A DNA stretch of 50,538 bases from Rhodanobacteraceae bacterium (lineage in GTDB: Bacteria > Pseudomonadota > Gammaproteobacteria > Xanthomonadales > Rhodanobacteraceae): NCBI GenBank assembly GCA_025924775.1, contig JAICHS010000001.1:1-50538 (forward strand). Reading direction: 5' to 3'. The position numbers were made by a program, and so were the translations under genes. The notes under the pieces are model-generated. The model was not told where the DNA came from. It saw nothing but the letters and a program-made list of their open reading frames with translations, and searched no databases. The first letter of the stretch is position 1. Every line of letters starts with the position of its first letter. Below, in pieces: positions 10,079-18,861 of the stretch.

Positions 10079-11443
10079 CTACCCCCCATCCTCTTCAATT
10101 GCATCGCTGGCGTCGTTGACCACAACCGGCGGCGTGATCAGCACCTTGTCGATGCGTGCACCGTCCAGGTCCACCACCTCGAACCTGAAGCCGCGCCAGG
10201 TGGTGCTTTCGCCTTCTGCCGGGATGTGCGCGAACAGCTCGATCAGCATCCCGGCGAGGGTGTAGTAGTCACCATCCTGCTCGTTGGGCAGTTCGTCCAG
10301 CGCCAGCAGTTCGCGCAGGTCGTCGGTGGCCATGGAGCCGGATACCAGCCAGCTGCCGTCCTCGCGATGCACGGCCATGGTTTCGCCCACGGGGCCGCCT
10401 TCGTGGTCGCCGGTGGGATGGCCGACCACGGCGGTCAGCACGTCGTTCAGGGTGACCAGACCCTCGATGTCACCGTATTCGTCCACCACCAGCGCGAACG
10501 GCGACTCGGCGTCGCGGAATTCATCCAGCAGGTCCAGCGCGCGGGTGGTGGCGGGCACGAACAGCGGCCGTGCCAGCTTGCGGAACAGGTCGAGCCGCGC
10601 GGGGGTCGACCCCTGGCTGGGGTCGGCGGCGACGGATTGCAGCAGGCGTTTGACCTCCAGCACACCCAGCACCTCGTCTTCGCTGCCGCGGTATACCGGG
10701 TAGCGGGAATAGGGCGTGGTGCGCATCACCGCCAGGTTTTCCGCCAGCGGTGCGGTGGCGTCCAGCCAGGCGATGCGCGGACGCGGCGTCATCACGCTGT
10801 CCACGCTGCGGTCGCCCAGGCGCAGCACCCGATACACCATGTTGCGTTCGTCGGAATCCAGCACACCCTGTTCGGCACCTTCGTTGACCAGCAGGCGGAT
10901 TTCCTCCTCGCTGACCTTCTCGCGGCTGAAGTGGTGCAGCCGCAGCAGGTGCAGCAGGCCGTCCGTGATGACGTCCAGCAACCACACGAACGGTGCCAGC
11001 AGCCACGACATCGCCTGCATCGGGAACGCAACGGCCTGGGCGATGCGTTCGGGCGCCACCAGCGCCGCGCGCTTGGGCGCCAGCTCGCCCACCGTGATGT
11101 TGATGATGGTGACCAACAGGAAGCCCAGCACCAGGCCCAGCGCGAGCGCCGCGTGTTGCGAGACGGGCAGCCCCAGCGTGATCACCCAGCGGCGGATGCT
11201 GTCGCCGATGGCGGTGCCGGTGGCGGCGCCGGTGACCAGGGTGATGATGGTGATGCCGACCTGGACCGTGGACAGGAACCTGTCGGGGCGCTGCGCCAGC
11301 CGCAGGGCCACCTGGGCGCGGGCGCTGGTGCGGGCCAGATAGCGCAGGCGGCTTTTGCGCGCCGCGATCAAGGCGATTTCGGTCAGCGCGAAAAAGGCGT
11401 TGCCCAGCGCCAACAGCAGCACCAGGCCAAGGTCGATCAGCAT
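10079..11443 (-). CDS. CNNM/TlyC-family membrane protein (DUF21 TM domain + CBS pair + CorC_HlyC)
   Basis: 454 aa. N-terminal multi-TM (MLIDLGLVLLLALGNAFFALTEIALI), then ELAPKR. CBS region is VMTPRPRIAWLD ... YSRYPVY. C-terminal transporter-associated domain is DGSWLVSGSMATDDL ... YYTLAGML. Confidence 0.85.
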   Translation of the reverse strand: MLIDLGLVLLLALGNAFFALTEIALIAARKSRLRYLARTSARAQVALRLAQRPDRFLSTVQVGITIITLVTGAATGTAIGDSIRRWVITLGLPVSQHAALALGLVLGFLLVTIINITVGELAPKRAALVAPERIAQAVAFPMQAMSWLLAPFVWLLDVITDGLLHLLRLHHFSREKVSEEEIRLLVNEGAEQGVLDSDERNMVYRVLRLGDRSVDSVMTPRPRIAWLDATAPLAENLAVMRTTPYSRYPVYRGSEDEVLGVLEVKRLLQSVAADPSQGSTPARLDLFRKLARPLFVPATTRALDLLDEFRDAESPFALVVDEYGDIEGLVTLNDVLTAVVGHPTGDHEGGPVGETMAVHREDGSWLVSGSMATDDLRELLALDELPNEQDGDYYTLAGMLIELFAHIPAEGESTTWRGFRFEVVDLDGARIDKVLITPPVVVNDASDAIEEDGG

Positions 11444-11551
11444 TCAGGGCTGCAAACGGTGGGTCATCCGCGGAGTTTAGCAAGCGCCGATGCTTCGGGC
11501 CGGGCGCGCGCTCGTGTACCATTTGCGCGGTCGGATTTCCGGGTGATCGCC

Positions 11552-12181
11552 ATGTTTTCGTTGCAGACCATGTTTGGCAAGGGGGATCGCTTCTACACCC
11601 TGCTGGAATCCAGTGCCGGCGCCGCGCGGGATGGCGCCAAGGCTTTGCAGGAGCTGCTGGTGGCGCATGGCGAGCCGATGCTGCTGGACAGTTTTCGCGC
11701 GGCGCGGCGGCGTGAGAAGGCATTGGCGGCGCAGATCAGCGAGGCGTTGATCAATACCTTCGTCACCGCGCTTGACCGCGAGGACATCGAGGCGATGTCC
11801 TCGGCGCTGTACCGCATTCCCAAGACCATCGAGAAATTCGCCGAACGCTACGTGATCGTGGCCGAGCGGGTCGAGGGCATCGATTTCGCCTCGCGCGCCG
11901 GCCTGCTGATGAGCGCCACGGAGGGCGTGGCCGAGATGGTGAGCGAACTGCGCAACGGCATGAGCATCGGGCGCATGCGCAAGCTGCAGGACCGGTTGCA
12001 AGCCACCGAGTCGGAAGCCGACCGGCTGCTGCTGGAGCCGTACCGCGACCTCTACCTCGGCAGCGACGACCCGATCCGCATGATGCTGGCCAAGGACCTG
12101 TTCGAGCTGCTGGAGAAAGCCATCGACCGCTGCCGCGACGTGGGCAACGTGATTTACTCGATCGTGTTGAAGAATTCGTGA
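11552..12181 (+). CDS. DUF47 / PhoU-like phosphate transport regulator (Pit accessory protein)
   Basis: ATG 11552 inside the long shadow ORF 9851..12181. MFSLQTMFGKGDRFYTLLESSAGAARDGAKALQELL ... DREDIEAMSSALYRIPKTIEKFAERY ... DRCRDVGNVIYSIVLKN. Lies upstream of a PiT transporter, the usual pairing. Confidence 0.8.
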   Translation: MFSLQTMFGKGDRFYTLLESSAGAARDGAKALQELLVAHGEPMLLDSFRAARRREKALAAQISEALINTFVTALDREDIEAMSSALYRIPKTIEKFAERYVIVAERVEGIDFASRAGLLMSATEGVAEMVSELRNGMSIGRMRKLQDRLQATESEADRLLLEPYRDLYLGSDDPIRMMLAKDLFELLEKAIDRCRDVGNVIYSIVLKNS

Positions 12182-12334
12182 GGATGGGCGCGGGGATGGG
12201 GGACGGCGGCGCAGCGATCGGGTGTGTGTGCGCCGATGAGGTGCTGTGGTGAATCCATGTGCCCTGCGTACCAGGAAAAATAGAGGAGTAACAGCCTTGC
12301 GCCCCCACTACCCACCGCCCGGCCCTGCGCGCGC

Positions 12335-13459
12335 ATGAGCCTTGGCCTGCTCACCCTCGTCATCCTGATCGCATTGGTGTTCGAGTACATCAATGGTTTT
12401 CACGATACCGCCAATTCCATCGCCACGGTGGTCGCGACCAAGGTGCTGACACCGGGGCAGGCGGTGGTGTTGGCGGCAGTGACCAATCTCGGCGGAGCGC
12501 TGGTCGGTTCGGCCGTAGCGGTGACGATCGCGACAGGACTGATCGACGCCGGCGTGTTGCGGGTGGGCGCCGAAGTGCTTGTGTGTGCGCTGCTGGGTGC
12601 CACCATCTGGGATCTGATCACCTGGTGGCTGGGTTTGCCGTCATCGTCATCGCACGCACTGATTGGTGGCTTGTGTGGCGCTGCGCTGGCTGCATCCAAT
12701 GGCAACCCGCAGGCGATCATCTGGATGTCCGACCCCAGCCACTGGTGGAAGGGTGGGGGTGTCATTCCCAAGGTGGTCGTACCGATGGTGGCCTCACCGA
12801 TTGCAGGCTTCGCGCTGGGTATCGCGGTGATGGGGGCGCTGCTGGCGCTGTTCGCGTGGTTCGGCAACCGTACCGGCATCCTGCGCCGGTTGGGGCGCAC
12901 GCCGTTCGTGAACGCCTTTTTCGGCAAGGCGCAACTGATCTCGGCTGCCGGGATGGGTGTGTCGCATGGCATGAACGATGCCCAGAAAACCATGGGCATC
13001 ATCGCGCTGGCGTTGGCCGGCGCCACCGCTGCGCATGATTTTGATCATCTGCCGGACTGGCTGGCTTTTCTGCGCGTGTCCGATGCCGGCGGGCATTTCA
13101 TGATTCCGGTATGGGTGAAGGTGATGTGTGCGCTCACGATGGCGGCGGGCACCGCCGCCGGCGGCTGGCGCATCATCAATACGCTGGGTCACAAGATGGT
13201 CAAGCTGCACCCGATCAACGGCTTTGCGGCCGAAACCAGTGGTGCTGCGGTGATCATCGTTTCATCCCTGTTTGGCATGCCGGTTTCGACCACCCATGTG
13301 ATCTCTTCCTCGATCATGGGGGTCGGTGCGTCCAAGCGCTTCAACGCGGTGCGCTGGACCGTGGTCGAACGCATGGCGTGGGCCTGGATCCTGACATTGC
13401 CCACCAGTGCGTTCATTGCCTGGTTGCTGGTGGAACTGTCCAAACCGATCTGGCCATGA
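12335..13459 (+). CDS. pit: Inorganic phosphate transporter, PiT family
   Basis: 374 aa, polytopic. Both PiT signature repeats are present: YINGFHDTANSIATVV and GVSHGMNDAQKTMGII. Confidence 0.9.
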   Translation: MSLGLLTLVILIALVFEYINGFHDTANSIATVVATKVLTPGQAVVLAAVTNLGGALVGSAVAVTIATGLIDAGVLRVGAEVLVCALLGATIWDLITWWLGLPSSSSHALIGGLCGAALAASNGNPQAIIWMSDPSHWWKGGGVIPKVVVPMVASPIAGFALGIAVMGALLALFAWFGNRTGILRRLGRTPFVNAFFGKAQLISAAGMGVSHGMNDAQKTMGIIALALAGATAAHDFDHLPDWLAFLRVSDAGGHFMIPVWVKVMCALTMAAGTAAGGWRIINTLGHKMVKLHPINGFAAETSGAAVIIVSSLFGMPVSTTHVISSSIMGVGASKRFNAVRWTVVERMAWAWILTLPTSAFIAWLLVELSKPIWP

Positions 13460-13480
13460 CGGTCGCGCTAGACTGCACGG

Positions 13481-14404
13481 ATGGCGGTGACAGGTTCGCA
13501 GGCGGGGGCAACGCGGGGCGGTGACAAGCTGGTCGTCGCGATTTCCTCGCGCGCATTGTTCGACCTGACCGAGTCGCACGCGCTGTTCGAGCGCGACGGC
13601 TTGGAGGCCTATCGCGTCTACCAGATCGCCCACGAGAACGACGTGCTGCAGCCGGGCGTCGCGTTTCCGGTGGTGAAAAAGTTGCTGGCGCTGAACCGGC
13701 CGGCGCCCGACGTGCCTTACGTCGAGGTGGTGCTGCTGTCGCGCAATTCGGGCGATACCGGGCTGCGCATCTTCAATTCCATCCAGCACTACGGACTGGC
13801 CATCACGCGCGCGGCCTTCACGTCGGGCGAGGCCACCAGCGAGTACATCCAGCCGTTCGGGGTGGACCTGTTGTTGTCAGCCAACGCCGAAAATGTCGCG
13901 CGCGCGCTGAACTCCGGGGTGGCCGCGGCGACGCTGCTGCCCTCGCAGGTACGCGATGCGCATCCCGAGCAATTGCGCATGGCGTTCGACGGCGACGCCG
14001 TGATCTTCGGCGACGAGTCCGAGCGCGTGTCGCAGGAACAAGGCCTCGACGCCTTCCACCGCAACGAATCGGAACACTGGAACGAACCGTTGTCGGGCGG
14101 CCCGTTCCGCAATTTCCTGGCGGCCTTGCACCGGCTGCAGGAAGCGTTTCCGCCAGAGGATTCGCCGATCCGCACCGCGCTGGTCACCGCGCGTTCGGCG
14201 CCCGCGCACAAGCGCGTGATCCTGACCCTGCGCAAGTGGGGTGTGCGCATCGACGAGGCGCTGTTCCTCGGCGGGCGCGACAAGGGGCCGTTCCTGGAAG
14301 CGTTCGGCGCGGACCTGTTTTTCGATGATTCGCCCGTCAACGTGGAATCCGCGCGCCATCACGTGGCGACGGGGCACGTGCCGCACGGGGTGAGTAACCG
14401 GTAG
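13481..14404 (+). CDS. 5'-nucleotidase family protein (cytosolic 5'-nucleotidase IA-like, HAD-related)
   Basis: 307 aa. [62 protein letters not shown] and [10 protein letters not shown] match my memory of the bacterial 5'-nucleotidase (PF06189-type) family. The exact start is uncertain. Confidence 0.65.
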   Translation: MAVTGSQAGATRGGDKLVVAISSRALFDLTESHALFERDGLEAYRVYQIAHENDVLQPGVAFPVVKKLLALNRPAPDVPYVEVVLLSRNSGDTGLRIFNSIQHYGLAITRAAFTSGEATSEYIQPFGVDLLLSANAENVARALNSGVAAATLLPSQVRDAHPEQLRMAFDGDAVIFGDESERVSQEQGLDAFHRNESEHWNEPLSGGPFRNFLAALHRLQEAFPPEDSPIRTALVTARSAPAHKRVILTLRKWGVRIDEALFLGGRDKGPFLEAFGADLFFDDSPVNVESARHHVATGHVPHGVSNR

Positions 14405-14420
14405 CAAACGTACTCGCGTC

Positions 14421-14481
14421 CGGTCGCCGGCAGGCCGGCTCCTACAAAGGCTTCTTGTAGTGGCGCGCCTGCGCGCGACCA
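14421..14481. repeat. REP-like inverted pair between convergent genes
   Basis: 14423..14446 is the reverse complement of tgtaggagccggcctgccggcgac, the familiar GC-rich REP consensus of pseudomonads and xanthomonads. A degenerate inverted partner tgtagtggcgcgcctgcgcgcgac follows at about 14456..14479. Together they form a long hairpin (ctacaa / ttgtag core) between the 5'-nucleotidase and ABC gene ends. Confidence 0.45.
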
Positions 14482-14497
14482 CGTTGCCGATGTGTCG

Positions 14498-16276
14498 TCA
14501 CGCCACCGCGTGCAACGGTGCCGGTGCCGATTCCTTGCGTTTGCGCAGGTCGTCGGCGAACTCGTCATGCCGCGCCAGCCGCGCGAACAGGCCGTTGCGC
14601 AACAGCAGCTCCTCGTAGCGGCCTTGCTCGATGATGCGGCCGTGGTCCAGCACCAGGATGAGGTCGGCGTTGCGCACGGTGGACAACCGGTGCGCAATGA
14701 CGATGGTGGTGCGGCCGCGGCACACGGCATCCATCGCACGCTTGATGCGCGCCTCGGTCGCGTTGTCGAGCGCACTGGTGGCTTCGTCCAGGATCAGGAT
14801 CGGCGCGTCCTTCAACATCGCGCGTGCGATCGCGAGGCGCTGGCGTTCACCACCCGACAGCGAGCGTCCGCGTTCGCTGACGGCGGTGGCGTAACCTTCC
14901 GGCTTCCCGGCGATGAAAGCGTGCGCCTGCGCGGCGCGCGCGGCGGCTTCCATGTCTTCCGCGCCCGCAGCCGGATTGCCAATGCGCAGGTTCTCGGCGA
15001 TGCTGCGATGGAGCAGGCCGGGCTCCTGGAACACCACCCCGATGTTGCGGCGCAGCGAGTCCAGCGTGGCGTTGCGGATATCCACTCCGTCCACGGTGAT
15101 GCGTCCGCGCGCTGGATCGGCGGCACGGTACAGCAGGCTGAGTGCGGTGGTCTTGCCCGCGCCGGTCGGGCCCACCACCGCGACCTTGCTGCCGGCCGGG
15201 ATGCGGAAACTGAGGTCACTCAGGGCATCGCTGCCCGGCTCGTAGGCGAAGTCCACGTGCTCGAATGCGACCTCGCCGCGCACGCGCGGCAACTCGATCG
15301 CGTCGGCCGCCTCGGTGACCGCCGCGGGCGTGTCCATGACTTCGAAGAAATCACGCAGCGAGTTCGATTGGAAGAACAGGTTTGAAATGAATTGCGCGAA
15401 TTGCTCCAGCCGACCGATCAGCATCAGCGCGAAGCCGACGAAGCTGACGATGCCGCCGATGCTGATTTCGCCGCGGGCGTGCAGGGCGGCGCCCAGTGCG
15501 AAGATTGCCACTACCGACAGGGTGCTGGCGCCGCGCGAGAAGACGGACAACGTCGCCCAGCCGTTCAGTACCGGGTATTGCGCGGCCAGTGCCTGCGCCA
15601 TCAGTTGTTTCAGCCCGCGCACCTCCTCGTGGGTGCGTGTGAAGCTCTGCACCACCGTGACGTTGCCCAGCACATCGCCGACGCGGGTGGAAATCCGGTG
15701 GTGGTAATCCTGCACCCGGTCCTGCGCGCGGCGGGTGCGCCTGATCGTGATCGTGTTAAAGACCGCGAAACACAGCAGCAGCCCGATCATCAGCAGGCCC
15801 AGCTTCCAGTTCTTGGACAGCGCCAGCGGAATCATCACCAGGATCGCGAGCAGCGTGGTCAGGTGTTCCCGGAAGAAACCCAGCCACAACGCGGACAGGT
15901 TGTCCGACCCGATGTGCATGATGCGCAGCAGCTTGCCGGTGTGCTGTCGCGCGTGGAACGACAACGGCAGCTCGATCACGTGCTCGAAGTAGCCACGCAC
16001 CGCGGCCAGCCGACGCCGGTGCGCCATGCGGTCGGCGTGCAGCGACACCAGCGCGCCGACGACGACGCCAACGAAGCCGACCACGGCCCACGCCGCGATC
16101 AGCAGCCCCGCGTGCCCGTGCGGATGGCTGAGCGCGTCGATCACCCTGCCGAACAGTTCGGGTTCCATGAACAGTACGCCGGCCAATGCCAAGTTGGCGA
16201 TCGCCAGCAAGCTCGCGAGCGCGCGTTCTGGCGCAAGCAGTTCGAGCACGCGTAAATAGATGCGCAGGATGGACAT
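14498..16276 (-). CDS. ABC exporter, fused permease/ATPase (NdvA/ChvA-like, MsbA superfamily)
   Basis: ORF 14498..16468 trimmed to ATG 16276. [49 protein letters not shown] resembles the NdvA/ChvA N-terminus as I recall it. Walker A is GPTGAGKTT, signature is [14 protein letters not shown] and Walker B is [12 protein letters not shown]. Confidence 0.8.
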   Translation of the reverse strand: MSILRIYLRVLELLAPERALASLLAIANLALAGVLFMEPELFGRVIDALSHPHGHAGLLIAAWAVVGFVGVVVGALVSLHADRMAHRRRLAAVRGYFEHVIELPLSFHARQHTGKLLRIMHIGSDNLSALWLGFFREHLTTLLAILVMIPLALSKNWKLGLLMIGLLLCFAVFNTITIRRTRRAQDRVQDYHHRISTRVGDVLGNVTVVQSFTRTHEEVRGLKQLMAQALAAQYPVLNGWATLSVFSRGASTLSVVAIFALGAALHARGEISIGGIVSFVGFALMLIGRLEQFAQFISNLFFQSNSLRDFFEVMDTPAAVTEAADAIELPRVRGEVAFEHVDFAYEPGSDALSDLSFRIPAGSKVAVVGPTGAGKTTALSLLYRAADPARGRITVDGVDIRNATLDSLRRNIGVVFQEPGLLHRSIAENLRIGNPAAGAEDMEAAARAAQAHAFIAGKPEGYATAVSERGRSLSGGERQRLAIARAMLKDAPILILDEATSALDNATEARIKRAMDAVCRGRTTIVIAHRLSTVRNADLILVLDHGRIIEQGRYEELLLRNGLFARLARHDEFADDLRKRKESAPAPLHAVA

Positions 16277-16528
16277 CGGATTTTTGCCGTGGAACGGAAC
16301 CACGCGCACTTCAGCACTTGCACGCTGGCATTGCGCTGAATGCGTCGGATTCGATTCAGGCGTCGTTGCGATGCCGCCCCCCGTGGTGTAAAAAAAACGT
16401 TGGGTGACGGATGCACGGCGCGGACGAGCGGAATACGGTTTCATCGACTTGCGGCCGATTCCCGCCACGGCGCGGGCGCCGCGATAACGCTACAATAACT
16501 GGCTTCACCGATTGCACGAGACGCCCGC

Positions 16529-17698
16529 ATGGCCGCCCGCTTGAACCCGCTCGACCTTTACGACGTCCGCGCGCTGCTGTCGGACGAAGAGCGCATGGTG
16601 CAGGATTCGGTGGCGCGCTTTGTCGATGGCAAGGTGCTGCCGATCATCGGCGACTGCTTCGACCAGGCGCGCTTTCCGACCGAGCTGATTCCGGAAATCG
16701 CGGGGTTGGGCCTGCTGGGTGCCACGCTTCCCGGCGAATACGGCGGCGCCGGCATGAACCAGGTCAGCTACGGCCTGATCTGCCAGGAACTGGAGCGTGG
16801 CGATTCCGGCCTGCGCAGCTTCGCGTCGGTGCAGTCGTCCCTGGTGATGTACCCGATCTTCGCGTTCGGCAGCGAGGAACAGAAACGCGAGTACCTGCCG
16901 CCGATGGCCGAGGGCAAGGTGATCGGCTGCTTCGGCTTGACCGAGCCGCATGGCGGTTCGGATCCTGCCAACATGAAGACCGTCGCGAAGAAAGATGGCG
17001 GCGACTGGGTGATCAACGGCGCCAAGATGTGGATCACCAACGGCAACCTCGCGCAGCTTGCGCTGGTGTGGGCCAAGACCGAGGACGGCATCCGCGGCTT
17101 CCTGGTGCCGACGTCCACCAAGGGTTTCAGTGCGCAGGAAATCCACAAGAAGATGAGCCTGCGCGCCTCGGTGACGAGCGCGCTGTTTTTCGACGAAGTG
17201 CGCGTACCCGAGTCCGCGATGCTGCCGAACGTGAAGGGTTTGCGCGGCCCGCTGAGTTGTCTCGATTCGGCGCGTTTCGGCATCAGCTGGGGCCCGATCG
17301 GCGCGGCGCAGGCATGCTTGCGCGAAGTGCTGGATTACGCCCAGGAACGCGTGTTGTTCAACCGCAAGCTGGCGGCCAACCAGGCTGTCCAGTTGAAGCT
17401 GGCCGACATTGCGCGGCGCCTTACCACCGCGCAACTGCTGGCGTTGCAGCTCGGTCGCGCCAAGGACGCGGGCACGCTGCAGCCAACCCAGATCTCGCTG
17501 GCCAAGTGGAACAACGTGCGCATGGCGCTGGATGTCGCGCGCGAGTGCCGCGACATCCTGGGTGGCGCCGGCATCACCACCGAACACGTCGCCATCCGCC
17601 ACGCGCTGAACCTGGAGTCGGTGGTGACCTACGAGGGCACGCAAACGGTGCACCAGTTGGTGGTCGGTAGGGAACTGACGGGTATCAATGCTTTTTAG
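16529..17698 (+). CDS. gcdH: Glutaryl-CoA dehydrogenase (acyl-CoA dehydrogenase family)
   Basis: 389 aa. LNPLDLYDVRALLSDEERMVQDSVARFV, GCFGLTEPHGGSDP, WITNG and the C-terminal YEGTQTVHQLVVGRELTGINAF are typical of GCDH. Confidence 0.85.
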   Translation: MAARLNPLDLYDVRALLSDEERMVQDSVARFVDGKVLPIIGDCFDQARFPTELIPEIAGLGLLGATLPGEYGGAGMNQVSYGLICQELERGDSGLRSFASVQSSLVMYPIFAFGSEEQKREYLPPMAEGKVIGCFGLTEPHGGSDPANMKTVAKKDGGDWVINGAKMWITNGNLAQLALVWAKTEDGIRGFLVPTSTKGFSAQEIHKKMSLRASVTSALFFDEVRVPESAMLPNVKGLRGPLSCLDSARFGISWGPIGAAQACLREVLDYAQERVLFNRKLAANQAVQLKLADIARRLTTAQLLALQLGRAKDAGTLQPTQISLAKWNNVRMALDVARECRDILGGAGITTEHVAIRHALNLESVVTYEGTQTVHQLVVGRELTGINAF

Positions 17699-17774
17699 CG
17701 TGATTGCCCATGATCACCGTATCTGCAAACGCGCGAGGATGAGATGGGCGTGTCGAGTTCACCAACATTGGAAC

Positions 17775-17797
17775 GGCCATCCATGGCCTGATTTTTC
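17775..17797 (+). terminator. Weak rho-independent terminator candidate after gcdH
   Basis: ggccatccatggcc (17775..17788) is a self-complementary stem, followed by tgattttt (T-run 17792..17796), about 77 nt after the gcdH stop. Confidence 0.35.
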
Positions 17798-17839
17798 ACG
17801 ACAGCCGCTTCGAATGGGGCAGAAGGGCGGGAGTTTCAT

Positions 17840-18277
17840 ATGAATCGTCGCAACAAATGGCTCGCGGGCATTGCAATGGGTGTCATGCTGGCTTCCGGTG
17901 GTGCGTTCGCCGCGGTCAACGTGAACGCCCTGCACATCGCCCTGACTTCGTTGAAGCTGGCGCTGGCGAAGATGGGTGTGGCCAATGCCATGCTGTCGAA
18001 CCCCACGCCGCCGGCCACCAATGCCGAAGCGCACCTGGCGGCGCCGGGGCAGCTCAGCGGCGAGGAAATCAGTTCCATCCTGGTAAGCGCGGGTGGCGTG
18101 ATCAACGTGTACTTGTCGCCGGCGGTGGGCGTGACTGGCGGCATCGTGCAGTTGGTACCCAGGGTCGTGACCGACAAGCAGGGCAAGCGCGGCGTGCGAT
18201 ACACCTGCTACAGCCCCAACATCCCGGACGTCGCGACCGCCGAGCCGGATTGCACCTACCACGCTTCGGCCAAGTGA
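17840..18277 (+). CDS. Secreted pilin-head-like protein with a Sec-type signal peptide (no G/FTLIE prepilin leader)
   Basis: 145 aa. MNRRNKWLAGIAMGVMLASGGAFA|AVNV is a classical signal peptide. The C-terminal half, LSGEEISSILVSAGGVINVYLSPAVGVTGGIVQLVPRVV...VRYTCYSPNIPDVATAEPDCTY, mirrors the type IVa pilin globular domain (GKYVSSV.V..GVIT....L.L.P....W.C......P..C), including the terminal Cys-Cys loop. Confidence 0.55.
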   Translation: MNRRNKWLAGIAMGVMLASGGAFAAVNVNALHIALTSLKLALAKMGVANAMLSNPTPPATNAEAHLAAPGQLSGEEISSILVSAGGVINVYLSPAVGVTGGIVQLVPRVVTDKQGKRGVRYTCYSPNIPDVATAEPDCTYHASAK

Positions 18278-18284
18278 CGCGGCG

Positions 18285-18851
18285 ATGACCGGCGCCGTGC
18301 CATCACCTGAGCCGGTACTAGAAACGAGCCGGTTGCTCCTGCGCCTGCCGCGCGCGGCGGACTTCGAGGGTTACGCGGAAATGCTGGGCGACGAGGAAAC
18401 CGCCCGCTACATCGGCGGCAGCTCGCCACGGGGAGCCGCCTGGCGGCGTTTCCTGCAGATGCCGGGTGCATGGATGTTGCAGGGGTTCGGCATGTTCGCG
18501 GTGACCGACAAGCGCACCGGCGAATGGCTGGGGCAGGCCGGCCCGTGGCAGCCGGAAGGTTGGCCCGGCACCGAGGTCGGCTGGTCACTGCGACGCAGTG
18601 CCTGGGGTCATGGCTACGCGTTCGAGGCGGCGACCGCCGCGATCGACTGGGCCTTCGCCACGCTCGGCTGGCGCCAGGTAATCCATTGCATCGATCCAGC
18701 CAACCGGCGCTCGTGCGCACTGGCCGGGCGCCTGGGTTCGCATCGGCTGCGCAGCGCACATCTGCCTGCGCCGTACGAGGCCGACCTCGTGGACGTCTGG
18801 GGCCAGACGCGCGCGGAATGGTTGGCGCGCCGCAACAACCGCAACGTTTGA
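18285..18851 (+). CDS. GNAT family N-acetyltransferase (RimJ/RimL-like)
   Basis: 188 aa. LETSRLLLRLPRAADFEGY, then WSLRRSAWGHGYAFEAATAAIDWAF (acetyl-CoA binding region). Confidence 0.8.
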   Translation: MTGAVPSPEPVLETSRLLLRLPRAADFEGYAEMLGDEETARYIGGSSPRGAAWRRFLQMPGAWMLQGFGMFAVTDKRTGEWLGQAGPWQPEGWPGTEVGWSLRRSAWGHGYAFEAATAAIDWAFATLGWRQVIHCIDPANRRSCALAGRLGSHRLRSAHLPAPYEADLVDVWGQTRAEWLARRNNRNV

Positions 18852-18861
18852 AGACACCCAC

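Noticed and set aside
9851-11551. N-terminal 567 codons of the 776-aa ORF 9851..12181
   Set aside because: This part is antisense to the CNNM/CBS/CorC gene and reads as His/Gln/Arg/Gly-rich junk. Only the last 210 codons, from ATG 11552, form the DUF47/PhoU-like protein.
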